A DNA stretch of 64,000 nt from an uncultured Chthonomonadaceae bacterium (GCA_963817895.1 CAWFQB010000001.1:1600001-1664000); one strand, 5' to 3'. Positions 1 through 10,096 are shown, counted from the first letter of the stretch. Translations and numbers: made by a program. Notes: generated by a model from the letters alone, not told the origin.

Positions 1-100
1 GGCCGTCCGTCGTTTCAGGGACGCAGGAATTTGCAGCCGCCCGCCGAATCTGGAAATACGGGCGCGAAGCATTGAAATTGAAGACAAAAAGCAAGCGGAA

Positions 101-133
101 TTTAGCCGCGAATTCACGCGAATGAACGCGAAT
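101..133. repeat. 10-nt tandem repeat remnant (TTTAGCCGCGAAT-TCACGCGAAT-GAACGCGAAT); second copy at about 27752-27784
   Basis: Near-identical motif occurs twice in the window. Confidence 0.7.
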
Positions 134-199
134 AGGATTATACACCCGTCGCGCTGAATTATCCATTTGAACCACAGGTATCAGGTACCGGGTTTGTCC

Positions 200-236
200 C
201 TCGTATCTTGTATCTCGTATCTCGTATCTCATATCT
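200..236. repeat. Heptamer tandem repeat (CTCGTAT)x5, degenerate
   Basis: ctcgtat cttgtat ctcgtat ctcgtat ctcatat, just upstream of the histidine kinase RBS. Confidence 0.9.
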
Positions 237-262
237 TCCCCCTCTAAGGAGACTGCGCCGCT

Positions 263-1609
263 ATGTCGGACACTTTGCCTGCTGAAATCGAACCGACGGA
301 CTACCTTGCCACGCTGCTGCAATTAGGGCAGTTGCTCAATTCCAGTCTGGACTTGAAACAGGTGCTGGAAACCGCCATTGAACAGGTCATTAGTTTTGTG
401 GGCGCGGAGCGCGGATTTATCCTGCTGGTGGACATAGAAACGGGGCGCGTATGGGGTGAGGCCGTGCGCAACATCGAAAAGAGAGCGTTGGAAGCCACGC
501 TCGGCGACATCGGCGGCGTGAATCAGGCGGAAATCAGCCGCTACATCGTGGAAAGCGCATTGGACACGCGGCAGCCGATTCTCTCCGTCAACGCAATGGA
601 AGACCCCCGATTCGCGAACCGGCAGAGTGTGCAGTTGACGCATCTGCGCTCGGTCTGCTGCGTGCCGCTTATGGCGCAGGGGCGGTTGTTGGGCATCATT
701 TATATTGACAACCGCTTGAAATCGGGCGTGTTTACCGAACGGCATCTCGCCATGCTATCGGCGTTTGGCAATCAGGCCGCAGTCGCCATCCAGAACGCCC
801 GCTTGTACGACAATCTAAGAGGCAGTCTTGAAGAGCGTTTGCGACTGCAAGATGAGTTGCACACGCAGGAAACGCAGCGGCTTGCTTTGGAAGAGGCCAG
901 CCGCCTGAAATCGGACTTTATCGGGTTTGTCGCCCACGAACTGCGCAATCCGCTGACCACAATACGGGGCTACGTGCAAACAATTCTAGCGGACGAAGAG
1001 CAGACGCTGGATGAGGAGACGAAACACGAGTTTTACGAGGCGATTGAGGCCGATTCCGACCGCCTGCTGGACATGATTAACGAACTGCTGGACGTGTCCC
1101 GACTGGAAGCGGGCCGTCCCCTGTCACTGTCGCAGAAGGAAGTGGATTTGCGCGGCCTGCTGGAAAAAGTGGCGAGGCGGCACAAGTTCTACAAGTTTTT
1201 CACGCCGCAGCACAGCATCGCCACCGACCTTGCGGACGATTTGCCCGAAACGATTACCGCCGATGAGGACAAACTGAACCAAATCCTGTCCAACCTCCTC
1301 AGCAACGCCATCAAATACTCCCCGGACGGCGGCCAGATTACGCTCACGGCGCGTTGGGAGCGGGAAGGGCAGATGCTCATCAGCGTAAAAGACAGCGGCG
1401 TGGGCATGTCGCAGGAGCAGTGCGGGCGCTTGTTCCGGCAGTACGAGCGCATTGACCGCGATTCCATCAAGAACATTCCCGGCACGGGATTGGGCCTGTA
1501 TCTCGTGAAAAGCCTCGTGGAACTGCACGGCGGCGAAATCTCCTGCGAAAGCGCGCCGGGGCAGGGCAGCGCCTTCCTCGTCCGCCTCCCCGTTCCACAG
1601 CCCGCGTAA
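263..1609 (+). CDS. GAF-domain sensor histidine kinase
   Basis: N-terminal GAF (CVPL..QGRLLGIIYID), H-box AHELRNPL, N-box NLLSNAIKYS, G-boxes DSGVG and GTGLGL; RBS AGGAG. Confidence 0.95.
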   Translation: MSDTLPAEIEPTDYLATLLQLGQLLNSSLDLKQVLETAIEQVISFVGAERGFILLVDIETGRVWGEAVRNIEKRALEATLGDIGGVNQAEISRYIVESALDTRQPILSVNAMEDPRFANRQSVQLTHLRSVCCVPLMAQGRLLGIIYIDNRLKSGVFTERHLAMLSAFGNQAAVAIQNARLYDNLRGSLEERLRLQDELHTQETQRLALEEASRLKSDFIGFVAHELRNPLTTIRGYVQTILADEEQTLDEETKHEFYEAIEADSDRLLDMINELLDVSRLEAGRPLSLSQKEVDLRGLLEKVARRHKFYKFFTPQHSIATDLADDLPETITADEDKLNQILSNLLSNAIKYSPDGGQITLTARWEREGQMLISVKDSGVGMSQEQCGRLFRQYERIDRDSIKNIPGTGLGLYLVKSLVELHGGEISCESAPGQGSAFLVRLPVPQPA

Positions 1610-1680
1610 ATTGTCTTGCTCTCAGTAAAATAGAAGTGTTCGAGACGATTATCTATGATTGGCGGCGATAGTCAAAAACA

Positions 1681-1708
1681 GTGGGCAGGCACATGGATGC
1701 CTGCCCAC
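1681..1708. terminator. Hairpin between convergent genes
   Basis: GTGGGCAGGCA-6nt-TGCCTGCCCAC, 11-bp stem. Confidence 0.6.
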
Positions 1709-1733
1709 AAAGTGCCTCAGTGAACCACGAGCT

Positions 1734-2516
1734 TTAATGAGGTGAGTATTTCGGCATAATTTCCTCAATTATTTTCTTTTGGCCTATAGGTGTCAGCGCA
1801 ACTTCACTGTCACCTACTGGGCGAATCTGCTTCTGCGTTATTAGGCGGGAAAGAGCAGTATTAACGTTGCTCGGTTTTTGGTCTGCGGCTTGCTCACGCA
1901 ATTCAGCGCGTGTTAATCGGTTGTTTGGAGCATGAAACAAGAGTAACAGTATCTCTTCAGGTGCAGTTAGGTTTGTGGCAAGTACAAGAGGCTTACCGTC
2001 CAATTCATGAATGATGGAATGTTGAAGCTGAACAATTTGCTCTATCGTCTCAGCTATAACCTTTCTGTCTTTGTTCCAAGCTAATCGTAGGAACTCAGCG
2101 AACATCCATTTGCATGAATGTAGTACAAGCATTGCATCCATGTAATTCGCGCTGAATTCTGATGAGATGTGAACAACTCCTCGATCTGAACGAAATTCGT
2201 ATACCATTCCGAGAACTTTGCAAAAGTGAGTACGTTCTTTCTGGCCTAGTTTATGAGTCCGCTTTTTGTCGCGGTCAATTAATCCTTCTGCAACCTCACC
2301 GGGGGTAACTGTATGGCTAGGCAACCCTAGGTCAATCTGACGCATTGCCCGTGCGACGGCTTCGCAGAAGCGTCCGCCGTCCAGTTCCGAGGGCTTCCAG
2401 TCACCAGCAAGAAAGCGTTGTTGCATTTCAATATAGGATTGGACGAACTCACAAGCAAATGCCGAGTCAACAAGTGTTGAAAGTTCACTGATAAGTTGTT
2501 CAGAAGTTAGTTTCAT
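1734..2516 (-). CDS. Hypothetical protein, HEPN-like helical domain plus C-terminal winged helix
   Basis: 260 aa, low GC; R-x6-H motif RSDRGVVH; C-terminal wHTH-like segment ending LTPIGQK; start overlaps the upstream stop (ATGA). Confidence 0.75.
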   Translation of the reverse strand: MKLTSEQLISELSTLVDSAFACEFVQSYIEMQQRFLAGDWKPSELDGGRFCEAVARAMRQIDLGLPSHTVTPGEVAEGLIDRDKKRTHKLGQKERTHFCKVLGMVYEFRSDRGVVHISSEFSANYMDAMLVLHSCKWMFAEFLRLAWNKDRKVIAETIEQIVQLQHSIIHELDGKPLVLATNLTAPEEILLLLFHAPNNRLTRAELREQAADQKPSNVNTALSRLITQKQIRPVGDSEVALTPIGQKKIIEEIMPKYSPH

Positions 2517-3850
2517 GTTGCTGTCTCTGGTTTGCCAGAACTTGGCGCTACCAATGCGATAGGAGAAGAATTGGCTATTCTCTCTGCGTGTTCCATTCCC
2601 GGCGGCAAGATTTGGAAGGTGATACCTGTCACCTTTTCCACTTTACCTTCCGCTGCCTTCGACTTCAAGGCTGTTTCAAGATTACGCCCATTTACACGTA
2701 TTTCAAATGCCTCCCACAGAAACTGAGCAAGTTTATCTCTTGAAACCTGTTTGCCGACTTCGTTCAACGCAAGTCGAATAGCCCAAAGCCCGAACAGTGC
2801 CTTGTCCAAGTTAGTTCGATCTTTGACAGCCTTATGTCCATCAACGTCTAGACCAAGGGACTTCCATTTACCAACCCACTCTTTAATGCCTTTCGACGGA
2901 GTGTTTGCTTTACGCCTTGTTGGCTGTTCAGCCGGGTTGGATTGACCTTCTGTTGATGTATTTTCCTTACCTCGTTTCGTCCGGCCTGTCGCATCGGGCA
3001 TCCATCCTGCATCCGTACTTGCGTCAAGCACCTCGCTTAGTACCTTAACGGCTTCTTCACGGCCTGATTGCACTAGCCTAATTTGATCATCTTCACGGCG
3101 AATATCAGAACTGTGAGCAAACCAGTTGCGGTAATTCGCATCATTGGCTGCTTGCTTCTCAACAATCGCATTCAGCAAAGCACGAGAAACGAATGTGTGT
3201 CCTGCTAACTCATGAGCATATAGGAACAAGTAAGTTAAGCGTTTAGAGTAGTCGAGTTTTCCAGATGCTTTCAGGCGTGTCTCCTCTAGTGCCAACTGAT
3301 CGCCATTATCACCTTCCATACGGAAAATGCGCTTCATCTTGGCTTCGTCAGTGTTGCCTTGTGCCACTGCCTGCGTATTGTCAGTAAAAGCTGTGTCAAC
3401 TACATCTTCTGACTTTTCTGTGTGACCCTCGGGAGTAGTTCCCGGCAATGCAAGCTGATTGGTTGGGGTAGCATTGCCATTGCGCGGCGGACGACCATTT
3501 GTTATTTTGCCCGTGTCAAGGCTGTTTGTGATGAGAGAGCCTAACGTCCCGCCTAAATAGCTGAAAGCCACATCTGTGAGTTCTGCATCAAGAGATGCTT
3601 CTTCGTGCTTAGACTTCTGATGTCGCCAATGAATTTGGCTGGTCGTTTGAGGATTTTGAGGCATTTCGAGAGTAGGCTGTTTTTCCACTACAGAAATAGC
3701 CATGCCACAAAACACACAGAAATCTTCGTCTGCTTCAAGCAACTCGACACAATTTACATTTTTGCAGCGAAATTGGCGTCCACATTTTTTGCAGTGAAAT
3801 CCTCTCTGCGGAAGCAAATTGCCACAAGAAAAACATGAATGTTCGTTCAA
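2513..3850 (-). CDS. Hypothetical protein, N-terminal double zinc ribbon plus two wHTH-like domains
   Basis: 445 aa, low GC; CFSC, CKKC, CKNVNC, CVFC; two helical modules ending LVQSGREEA and ILPPGMEHA; TTG start with GGAG RBS. Confidence 0.75.
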   Translation of the reverse strand: MNEHSCFSCGNLLPQRGFHCKKCGRQFRCKNVNCVELLEADEDFCVFCGMAISVVEKQPTLEMPQNPQTTSQIHWRHQKSKHEEASLDAELTDVAFSYLGGTLGSLITNSLDTGKITNGRPPRNGNATPTNQLALPGTTPEGHTEKSEDVVDTAFTDNTQAVAQGNTDEAKMKRIFRMEGDNGDQLALEETRLKASGKLDYSKRLTYLFLYAHELAGHTFVSRALLNAIVEKQAANDANYRNWFAHSSDIRREDDQIRLVQSGREEAVKVLSEVLDASTDAGWMPDATGRTKRGKENTSTEGQSNPAEQPTRRKANTPSKGIKEWVGKWKSLGLDVDGHKAVKDRTNLDKALFGLWAIRLALNEVGKQVSRDKLAQFLWEAFEIRVNGRNLETALKSKAAEGKVEKVTGITFQILPPGMEHAERIANSSPIALVAPSSGKPETAT

Positions 3851-4331
3851 CGTTGGTTACTCCACAACAATATGACATGAGAATCAGTAGTAATTATAGC
3901 ACTTCTGGCCGAGATATGAATTCTGCATGGGCTGATACAAACGCTGATTGCCTTGTTGTACTCTTCCCACTCATCACAACTGACCTTTAATAAACCAACA
4001 TAGTTGCACAACCTGCTTCAGTTCGCGAACAAAGTTCTATTCAGATTCGGTAGACAGCAAAGTGCAGACTTGCAGAGGTTACGGACGTATCTGCTACAAT
4101 AACACAGGTGGGTACAAGGCAATGGCTACGTGGCAGGAAATGGGTGAGGAGAATTTGAAGGCGGCGCAGACACTGCTTGCCGAGGAACACTATCGCAGCA
4201 GCGTGACGCGCTCTTACTACGCTGTGTACTGCCTGATGACGAGCGAGTTGGTCAAGCGCGGAGCCAGTTTTCCGCGTGGCTGGAATAATCCTGCGCACGA
4301 TCAGCCTCCCGATATGGTCTTGAATAATACA

Positions 4332-5756
4332 CAGTATCTTTGCACTTTTGGGTTCAGGCCGCCAAGAGTAGCTGCACCTGCTCTGGCGTGGTTCCTTGTT
4401 GGTAGTGGTCGAATACCCATTGCAGCAGATTGTTCTGGTGTTGTGCCTGTATTTGGCGTCTCATGTGTCCGATACTGACACTTTGCTGTCTGTTCTCAAC
4501 CCTCGGCTTCGGTAGAGAGGCGCGTTGTTCTTCCAGAAACACGTAGGCCAGACACGCAAGCGTCCAGAAGCGCACGACGGCAACATCGCTCATCATCTGG
4601 TAGTGGTCGGTGCCGAAGAGTTCCTTGACATCGGCAAAGAACGTCTCGATGTGCCAGCGGACGGCGATAATGGCAACAAGCGTTGGGGTGTCCGCGTCTA
4701 CCAGACTGCTGACGTAGAAGGTTGTCTTGTGCGGCGGATCCTCCAGGTGACGCTTCACGCACAGCACTTGACACGCGCCTAACTTGCGCACCAGCGTTCG
4801 CCGCCGATGCACCCAGAGAACCTGCCCGCCCGTGTCCGAAGGCCAGACCACCTTCTCGAACTGCTCGTCCGTCACAGATGCGGCGTAAACCGACAGCTTT
4901 TGCCAGACTTTGTTTCCCTGCGCGTCCGTCACGCGCAGACTGCGGTTGCAGGCTAGACCGCCGCTGAGGTCGAAGCCGCGTTGCTTGGCCGCTTTCCACA
5001 GCGCTTTGTTCATGTACCACGCATCTACCAGCGCATGCGTGTGCGTGTCGGGGGCAGGGACAAAGGTTTGCACACACGAAACCGCCATCGCGACCTTGCT
5101 CACGAACGGCGTTTCTTGCGCTTGGCACACGTTCTTGGTCCGGTACATACGTGGCAGCAAGGGACAACGCCTGCCAACAAGCACATACAACGCTTGAAAC
5201 AGGCTATGCCCGCTCACCCGCTTGCCGTGTGTGCTGCTGTGGTGACGCCCTAAACCGCGCATCGTTTTGGCATACGGCTTGGCATGGGTGCTGTCATCCA
5301 TAATCAGGTAACCGGTGAGCAGGGTTGCCTTCGGACGACCGGGCGCTTTGCCGCGCTGTTGTCGTTGGTGTTGATGCGCGTACTGAACGCTTGCTTGCTG
5401 CTGTTGCCGAAAACGGGCTTGCCACTGCTCTGCTAAAGCGGCTTCGCTCCACGGCGCACGGGCAAAGAAGCGCGACAGTCCGGCTAAAGTGACACTGCAT
5501 TGCACTTTGTGCAACATTCCTGAGAGTGTGCGTCGGTCTTCGACTTGCATGAGCGCCAGCAGTACGGTTTCGAGGTACTTGAACTGAGGCTTGCTGAACA
5601 CGCAACGAAATGCGGCTAGGAATTGACAAAGTGCCTGACTTGCGCAGATAATAGGAGTGGGCATGGTTTTCCTCGGGAATGGATGGTTGGCACTTTCCAT
5701 TTTCCACAAAGAAAGCCATGTCCGCTACCCCTTCTTCAAAAAGTGCAAAGATACTG
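4332..5756 (-). mobile_element. Insertion sequence, IS701-like, 1425 bp
   Basis: 18-bp perfect TIR CAGTATCTTTGCACTTTT (4332-4349 and 5739-5756); 6-bp TSD AATACA (4326-4331, 5757-5762); single transposase. Confidence 0.93.
4354..5664 (-). CDS. DDE transposase (IS701-like)
   Basis: LIMDDS..K, LVDAWY and RWHIETFF.D.K motifs; start may be further upstream (to 5709). Confidence 0.9.
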   Translation of the reverse strand: MPTPIICASQALCQFLAAFRCVFSKPQFKYLETVLLALMQVEDRRTLSGMLHKVQCSVTLAGLSRFFARAPWSEAALAEQWQARFRQQQQASVQYAHQHQRQQRGKAPGRPKATLLTGYLIMDDSTHAKPYAKTMRGLGRHHSSTHGKRVSGHSLFQALYVLVGRRCPLLPRMYRTKNVCQAQETPFVSKVAMAVSCVQTFVPAPDTHTHALVDAWYMNKALWKAAKQRGFDLSGGLACNRSLRVTDAQGNKVWQKLSVYAASVTDEQFEKVVWPSDTGGQVLWVHRRRTLVRKLGACQVLCVKRHLEDPPHKTTFYVSSLVDADTPTLVAIIAVRWHIETFFADVKELFGTDHYQMMSDVAVVRFWTLACLAYVFLEEQRASLPKPRVENRQQSVSIGHMRRQIQAQHQNNLLQWVFDHYQQGTTPEQVQLLLAA

Positions 5757-5925
5757 AATACAGATTTTCCGCAAAACATCCGCCGCCGATTACGACAAAC
5801 GTTAGTTGTTCTGCGGCGGGCAAGAGAAGACGCAGATTATCGCCCTGTAGCAAATGTAGGCCGTGACATTGCATTAGAAGGTTTACGACGCGCAGATGCC
5901 TTCTTACGTGATCTGGAGAGAACCA

Positions 5926-6204
5926 ATGGCAGAGCAAAATGAACATACGGTTGCGGAAACGGTCAGCCAGTACCTCAAAGATTGTCACCCGGATGGCATT
6001 ACGTTTACGGTGATTGAGGAGGAGGTCAAGCAGGATGAGTTCGGCTGGAAGGTTCCGGTGCTTCTGGATAAAGAGCCGCGCAAGCTCTTCCCTTACTACG
6101 AAGCCCTTGCGGATGTAGAAATCGCGCTGCAAGATGAAGCGCATCTCAAAGTGCTGTTAATTCCGGCCTTCGACCTGATTGACGCGGCAAAGGAAGCCGC
6201 TTAA
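5926..6204 (+). CDS. Small acidic protein, probable partner (antitoxin) of the HEPN gene
   Basis: Overlaps the HEPN 3' end; GGAG RBS; 92 aa; no canonical GS..DxD nucleotidyltransferase motif. Confidence 0.65.
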   Translation: MAEQNEHTVAETVSQYLKDCHPDGITFTVIEEEVKQDEFGWKVPVLLDKEPRKLFPYYEALADVEIALQDEAHLKVLLIPAFDLIDAAKEAA

Positions 6205-6240
6205 CCTTTCAGAAGACAAAATCCCGCAATTTCAGGAACT

Positions 6241-6342
6241 CTGACACCAGGCGCGAAAATCACCCTTGCCGTCCATTGTCATCAAACGGAAGGCGGACAG
6301 GGCGTAGACATTGGCTTTGCTGATGTAGTTGAAAACCATTAG
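6241..6342 (+). pseudogene. 3' fragment of a glycoside-hydrolase-associated domain
   Basis: Startless frame LTPGAKITLAVHCHQTEGGQGVDIGFADVVENH*; the AVHCHQTxGGQ motif recalls C-terminal sugar-binding modules. Confidence 0.5.
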
Positions 6343-6362
6343 TTTAATTGAGAAGGCTGTTG

Positions 6363-6569
6363 ATGACCCGAATGGAAGCGTTGATACAAGAGGCAGAAGA
6401 CGTTCCCGAAGTTCTGCTGGATGAAACGCTGGACTTCCTGTGTTTTCTCAAGACCCGATACAATCAAGAGGCGCGTAGCGAATGCATGGAAACGATGCTG
6501 CTCAGTGAATCCGCGCTGGCGAAAGATTGGCTGCGCCCGGAGGAGGACGAGGCATGGCGGGATTTATGA
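6363..6569 (+). CDS. DUF2281-like antitoxin (orphan)
   Basis: LDFLCFLK and C-terminal LSESALAKDWLRPEEDEAWRDL signature. Confidence 0.8.
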   Translation: MTRMEALIQEAEDVPEVLLDETLDFLCFLKTRYNQEARSECMETMLLSESALAKDWLRPEEDEAWRDL

Positions 6570-7743
6570 AGTTCTACGCTGTTGTAGGGAGCCTGTTCCT
6601 GTTGATAATAGCGTGTATGGCGCAGGGACAGGAGCCGTTGCAGGTGGTTCAGGCGCGGGACGGCCTGCCCAATGTGTTCGCGAAACTGCGGGCGAACAAG
6701 CCGGTTACGATTGTCTACTTCGGCGGCTCTATTACCGCAGGGGCGGGCGCGAGCAATGGCGACCTGACTTCCTATCGCGCCCGCGTCGGGCAGTGGTTTG
6801 AAACCACGTTTCCCAACAGCAAAATCACCAATGTCAACGCGGCGATTGGCGGCACGGGTTCCGATCTGGGCGCGTTTCGGACAAGCCGGGACGTGCTGGC
6901 GCACAAGCCCGATCTGGTGTTTGTGGAATATGCCGTCAACGATGGCGGCGCGGCGCCCGATATGATTGACCGCAGCATGGAGGGCATTGTCCGGCAAATC
7001 CGCCGCGCCAATTCCGCAACGGACATTTGCTTCGTGTATACCTTTGTGGTCGGCTGGCTGAATGACTTCAAGGCGGGGCGGCTGGTTCGTTCCATACAGC
7101 GCGACGAGGTTGTTGCCGAACACTATGGAATTCCCGCCGTCAATGTCGCCCTGCCCGCCGCCCGAAAACTGATTGACGGCGGCATGACGAGCGAGCAGTT
7201 TTCCAAAGACGGCGTTCACCCGACTGATGCGGGCTACCAGATTTACACCGATACGCTTGTCGGCTTTCTGGATACGGAAAAACAACGCGCCGCGCCTGCC
7301 CGAAAGTTCCGCCTGCCCAAACCGTTACGCGCCGACAGTTTAGAGTACGCCAAAATGCTCGACCCCGCTTCCATGCTGCCGGTTGCCGCAGGCTGGCAGG
7401 TGGAAGAGAAAACCAATAATCGAGACTTTCCCAAACTGCTGGTCAGCGACACGCCGGGTTCGGAAGCGACTCTCTGGTTTACCGGCCCGACATTGGGCGC
7501 GTTCTATGTGCTTGGCCCGGACACGGGCGCGTTCGATTACCGCATTGACGATGGCAACTGGCAAAAATGTGACCCTTCGACGTATTCGCCAAAGGCTACG
7601 CGCGTTCCAGTTATCGCCTGCTGACTGACAACCTGAAAAACGAGCGGCACAATGTCACTCTCCGTATTCGCGCCGACCACAACCCCGACAGCAAAGGCAA
7701 CTGGACGCGCATCGGGTTTCTGCTGACCAATCCGGGCCTCTGA
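6566..7743 (+). CDS. Secreted SGNH/GDSL hydrolase (frameshift at about 7575)
   Basis: Signal peptide, GGSIT, EYAVND, DGVHP; the other frame continues FDVFAKGY...WTRIGFLLTNPGL* to 7743. Confidence 0.85.
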
Positions 7744-7772
7744 AATCATCGTGGCCTACTCCCCTGCCGCTG

Positions 7773-7781
7773 TGCTATAAT
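7773..7781 (+). promoter_or_regulatory. Extended -10 element of a probable leaderless ABC operon transcript
   Basis: TGCTATAAT 8 nt upstream of ATG 7790; no SD sequence. Confidence 0.6.
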
Positions 7782-7789
7782 ATAGCACT

Positions 7790-9139
7790 ATGACCCTGCG
7801 AAATCTTCTTACTCCGCTTGCCTTAGTGGGCATTGCGGCTACCATTCTCTTCAGCGAGCGCGTGGTTGCGCCGCCCGCCAAAGACGACAAAATCCACATC
7901 AAATACTGGGAGAAATGGACGGGCATCGAGGGCGACGCCATCAAAGCCACCGTTGACGAGTTTAACCGTTCCCAAAACCGAATTCATGTGGATTTGCTGA
8001 CCATCAGCAGCATCGAGCGCAAAACCCTGCTCGCCACTGCGGGGGGCAATCCGCCGGATATTGCCGGCTTGTACGGCCCCAATGTCGCGCAGTACGCGGA
8101 TGATAACGCCGTTCAGCCCCTCGACGATTATTGCAGGCGCAATGGCATTTCGCGCGACCAGTATATTCCCGTGTATTGGGATATGGGTTCGTATCACGGC
8201 CATCAGTACGCGCTGCCCTCCGTGCCGGGTTCGGTCGCGCTGCACTACCGCCGGGATATGTTCCGGGCGGCAGGCTTGAATCCCGACACGCCCCCGACCA
8301 CGTTTGAGGAGATGGACGCGGCCTCCCAGAAAATCACCACCTACACCGCCGACAAGAAGATAGATAAAGCCGGGTTCATGCCCTCCGAGCCGGGCTGGTG
8401 GGCGTGGTGCTGGGGCTACTACTTCGGCGGCAGTTTGTGGGACGGCAAGGATAAAATCACCGCTAACAGCCCGGAAAACGTCCGCGCCTTCGAGTGGATA
8501 CAATCCTACTCCAAAAAGTTCGGCGGCACGAACCTGCAAAGTTTCCACAGCGGATTGGGCAACTTTTCCAGCCCGCAAAACGGCTTTCTGGACGGCAAAG
8601 TGGCGATGGAACTACAGGGCGTGTGGATGTACAACTTCATCAACAAGTACGCGCCCAAAGTGGAGGCTCCAACCCGCGAATGGGGCGCGGCCCCGTTTCC
8701 GCATCCCGCCGACCGGCCCGATCTGGCAAACGGAACGATTGCCGATGAGGATATTCTCGTGATTCCGCGCGGCGCTCCGCACCCGGACGAGGCGTTCGAG
8801 TTCATCAAGTTTGTCGAGTCGCAAAAAGGCATGGAACTGCTGTGCCTGCTGCAAGGCAAACAATCCGCCCTGCGCAATGTCAGCGCTGAATTTTACAAAA
8901 AGCATCCCAATCCGTTTATCAAGTTGTTCGCCGACCTGCCGAGTGGCAAAAACGTGTTCACGCCGCCCAAAATAGGCATCTGGCCGGAGTACAGTGACGA
9001 AATCACCAACGCTTTCGACGAGATCTCCCTAGAAAAGAAGACGCCCAAAGAGGCGCTTGACGCGGTTCAGGCGCGGATGCAGCCCAAACTCGACGAGTAT
9101 CTGGAACAGTTGCGCAAACGCGCCTCTTCAACACCATGA
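7790..9139 (+). CDS. Sugar ABC transporter substrate-binding protein
   Basis: N-terminal anchor, AGGNPPDI, FLDGKVAM; followed by two permeases. Confidence 0.92.
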   Translation: MTLRNLLTPLALVGIAATILFSERVVAPPAKDDKIHIKYWEKWTGIEGDAIKATVDEFNRSQNRIHVDLLTISSIERKTLLATAGGNPPDIAGLYGPNVAQYADDNAVQPLDDYCRRNGISRDQYIPVYWDMGSYHGHQYALPSVPGSVALHYRRDMFRAAGLNPDTPPTTFEEMDAASQKITTYTADKKIDKAGFMPSEPGWWAWCWGYYFGGSLWDGKDKITANSPENVRAFEWIQSYSKKFGGTNLQSFHSGLGNFSSPQNGFLDGKVAMELQGVWMYNFINKYAPKVEAPTREWGAAPFPHPADRPDLANGTIADEDILVIPRGAPHPDEAFEFIKFVESQKGMELLCLLQGKQSALRNVSAEFYKKHPNPFIKLFADLPSGKNVFTPPKIGIWPEYSDEITNAFDEISLEKKTPKEALDAVQARMQPKLDEYLEQLRKRASSTP

Positions 9140-10096
9140 CCAACCCACAATCCACAACCCAAAATCGCCAATCGCAAAGCGCCAATCGTAAATCAAAAAT
9201 GGGCAGAGCCGCCCGTAACGAGGCGCTGACCGCGCTGCTGTTCGCGAGTCCGTGGCTTATCGGGTTCAGCGTGTTTATGTTGTATCCGCTTCTGGCCTCC
9301 ATCTATTACAGCTTCTGCGATTACTCCGTGCTGCGTCCGCCCGTGTATACCGGGCTGGCGAACTACCAGAATCTGACTGCGCGATCAGGTGTTCAAAGAC
9401 GCCTTCTGGAACACGTTCTGGTACGCCATTTACGCCCTGCCCATCAGCACGTTTGCCGCGCTCAGTCTCGCCCTGCTGCTCAACACCAAAGTGCGTGGCA
9501 TGACGTTTTACCGCGCTCTGTTTTACGTGCCGTCCCTCGTTCCCGCAGTGGCGACGGGCGTGTTGATTACGTGGATATTCAACGGGCAGCATGGCGTATT
9601 GAACGAACTTCTCAATCCGATTTTAGGTCGTTTCGGCTGGAAAGCGCCGCAATGGCTGGGCGATCCCGTCTGGTCGAAAGCGACCCTGATTATCATGGCG
9701 GCGTGGGGGGCGGGCAACGCGATGGTGATTTACCTCGCGGGGTTGCAGGACGTGCCGCAGCCCCTCTATGAAGCAGCGGATTTGGACGGCGCGAACTGGT
9801 GGCAGAAAACGCGCAACGTGACCATTCCCATGCTGTCGCCCGTGATTTTGTTCAACGTCATCATGGGACTGATTGGAACCCTTCAGGTGTTCACCGTGCC
9901 GTATCTGGTTTCGCCTGCCGGTTCGCCTGCCCGCTCGATTTATTTCTATACCATGTACCTGTTCGACAACGCTTTTATCTATCACAAAATGGGCTACGCC
10001 AGCGCGATGGGCTGGATCATGTTCCTCATCATTCTCGCGCTCACAATGCTGTCCCTGCGCCTGTCAAAACGCTTCGTGCATTACGGCTCTTCTTAA
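9136..10096 (+). CDS. Carbohydrate ABC permease (frameshift at about 9377)
   Basis: SPWLIGF...GLANY in one frame, then YEAADLDGA EAA motif in the next; ATG overlaps the SBP stop. Confidence 0.88.

Larger units (their letters stand above)
4122..5942 (+). pseudogene. HEPN-domain protein interrupted by an IS
   Basis: 4122-4331 (RSSVTRSYYAVY) rejoins in frame with 5763-5942 (LRRAREDADY) once the IS and one TSD copy are removed, giving about 129 aa. Confidence 0.88.
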
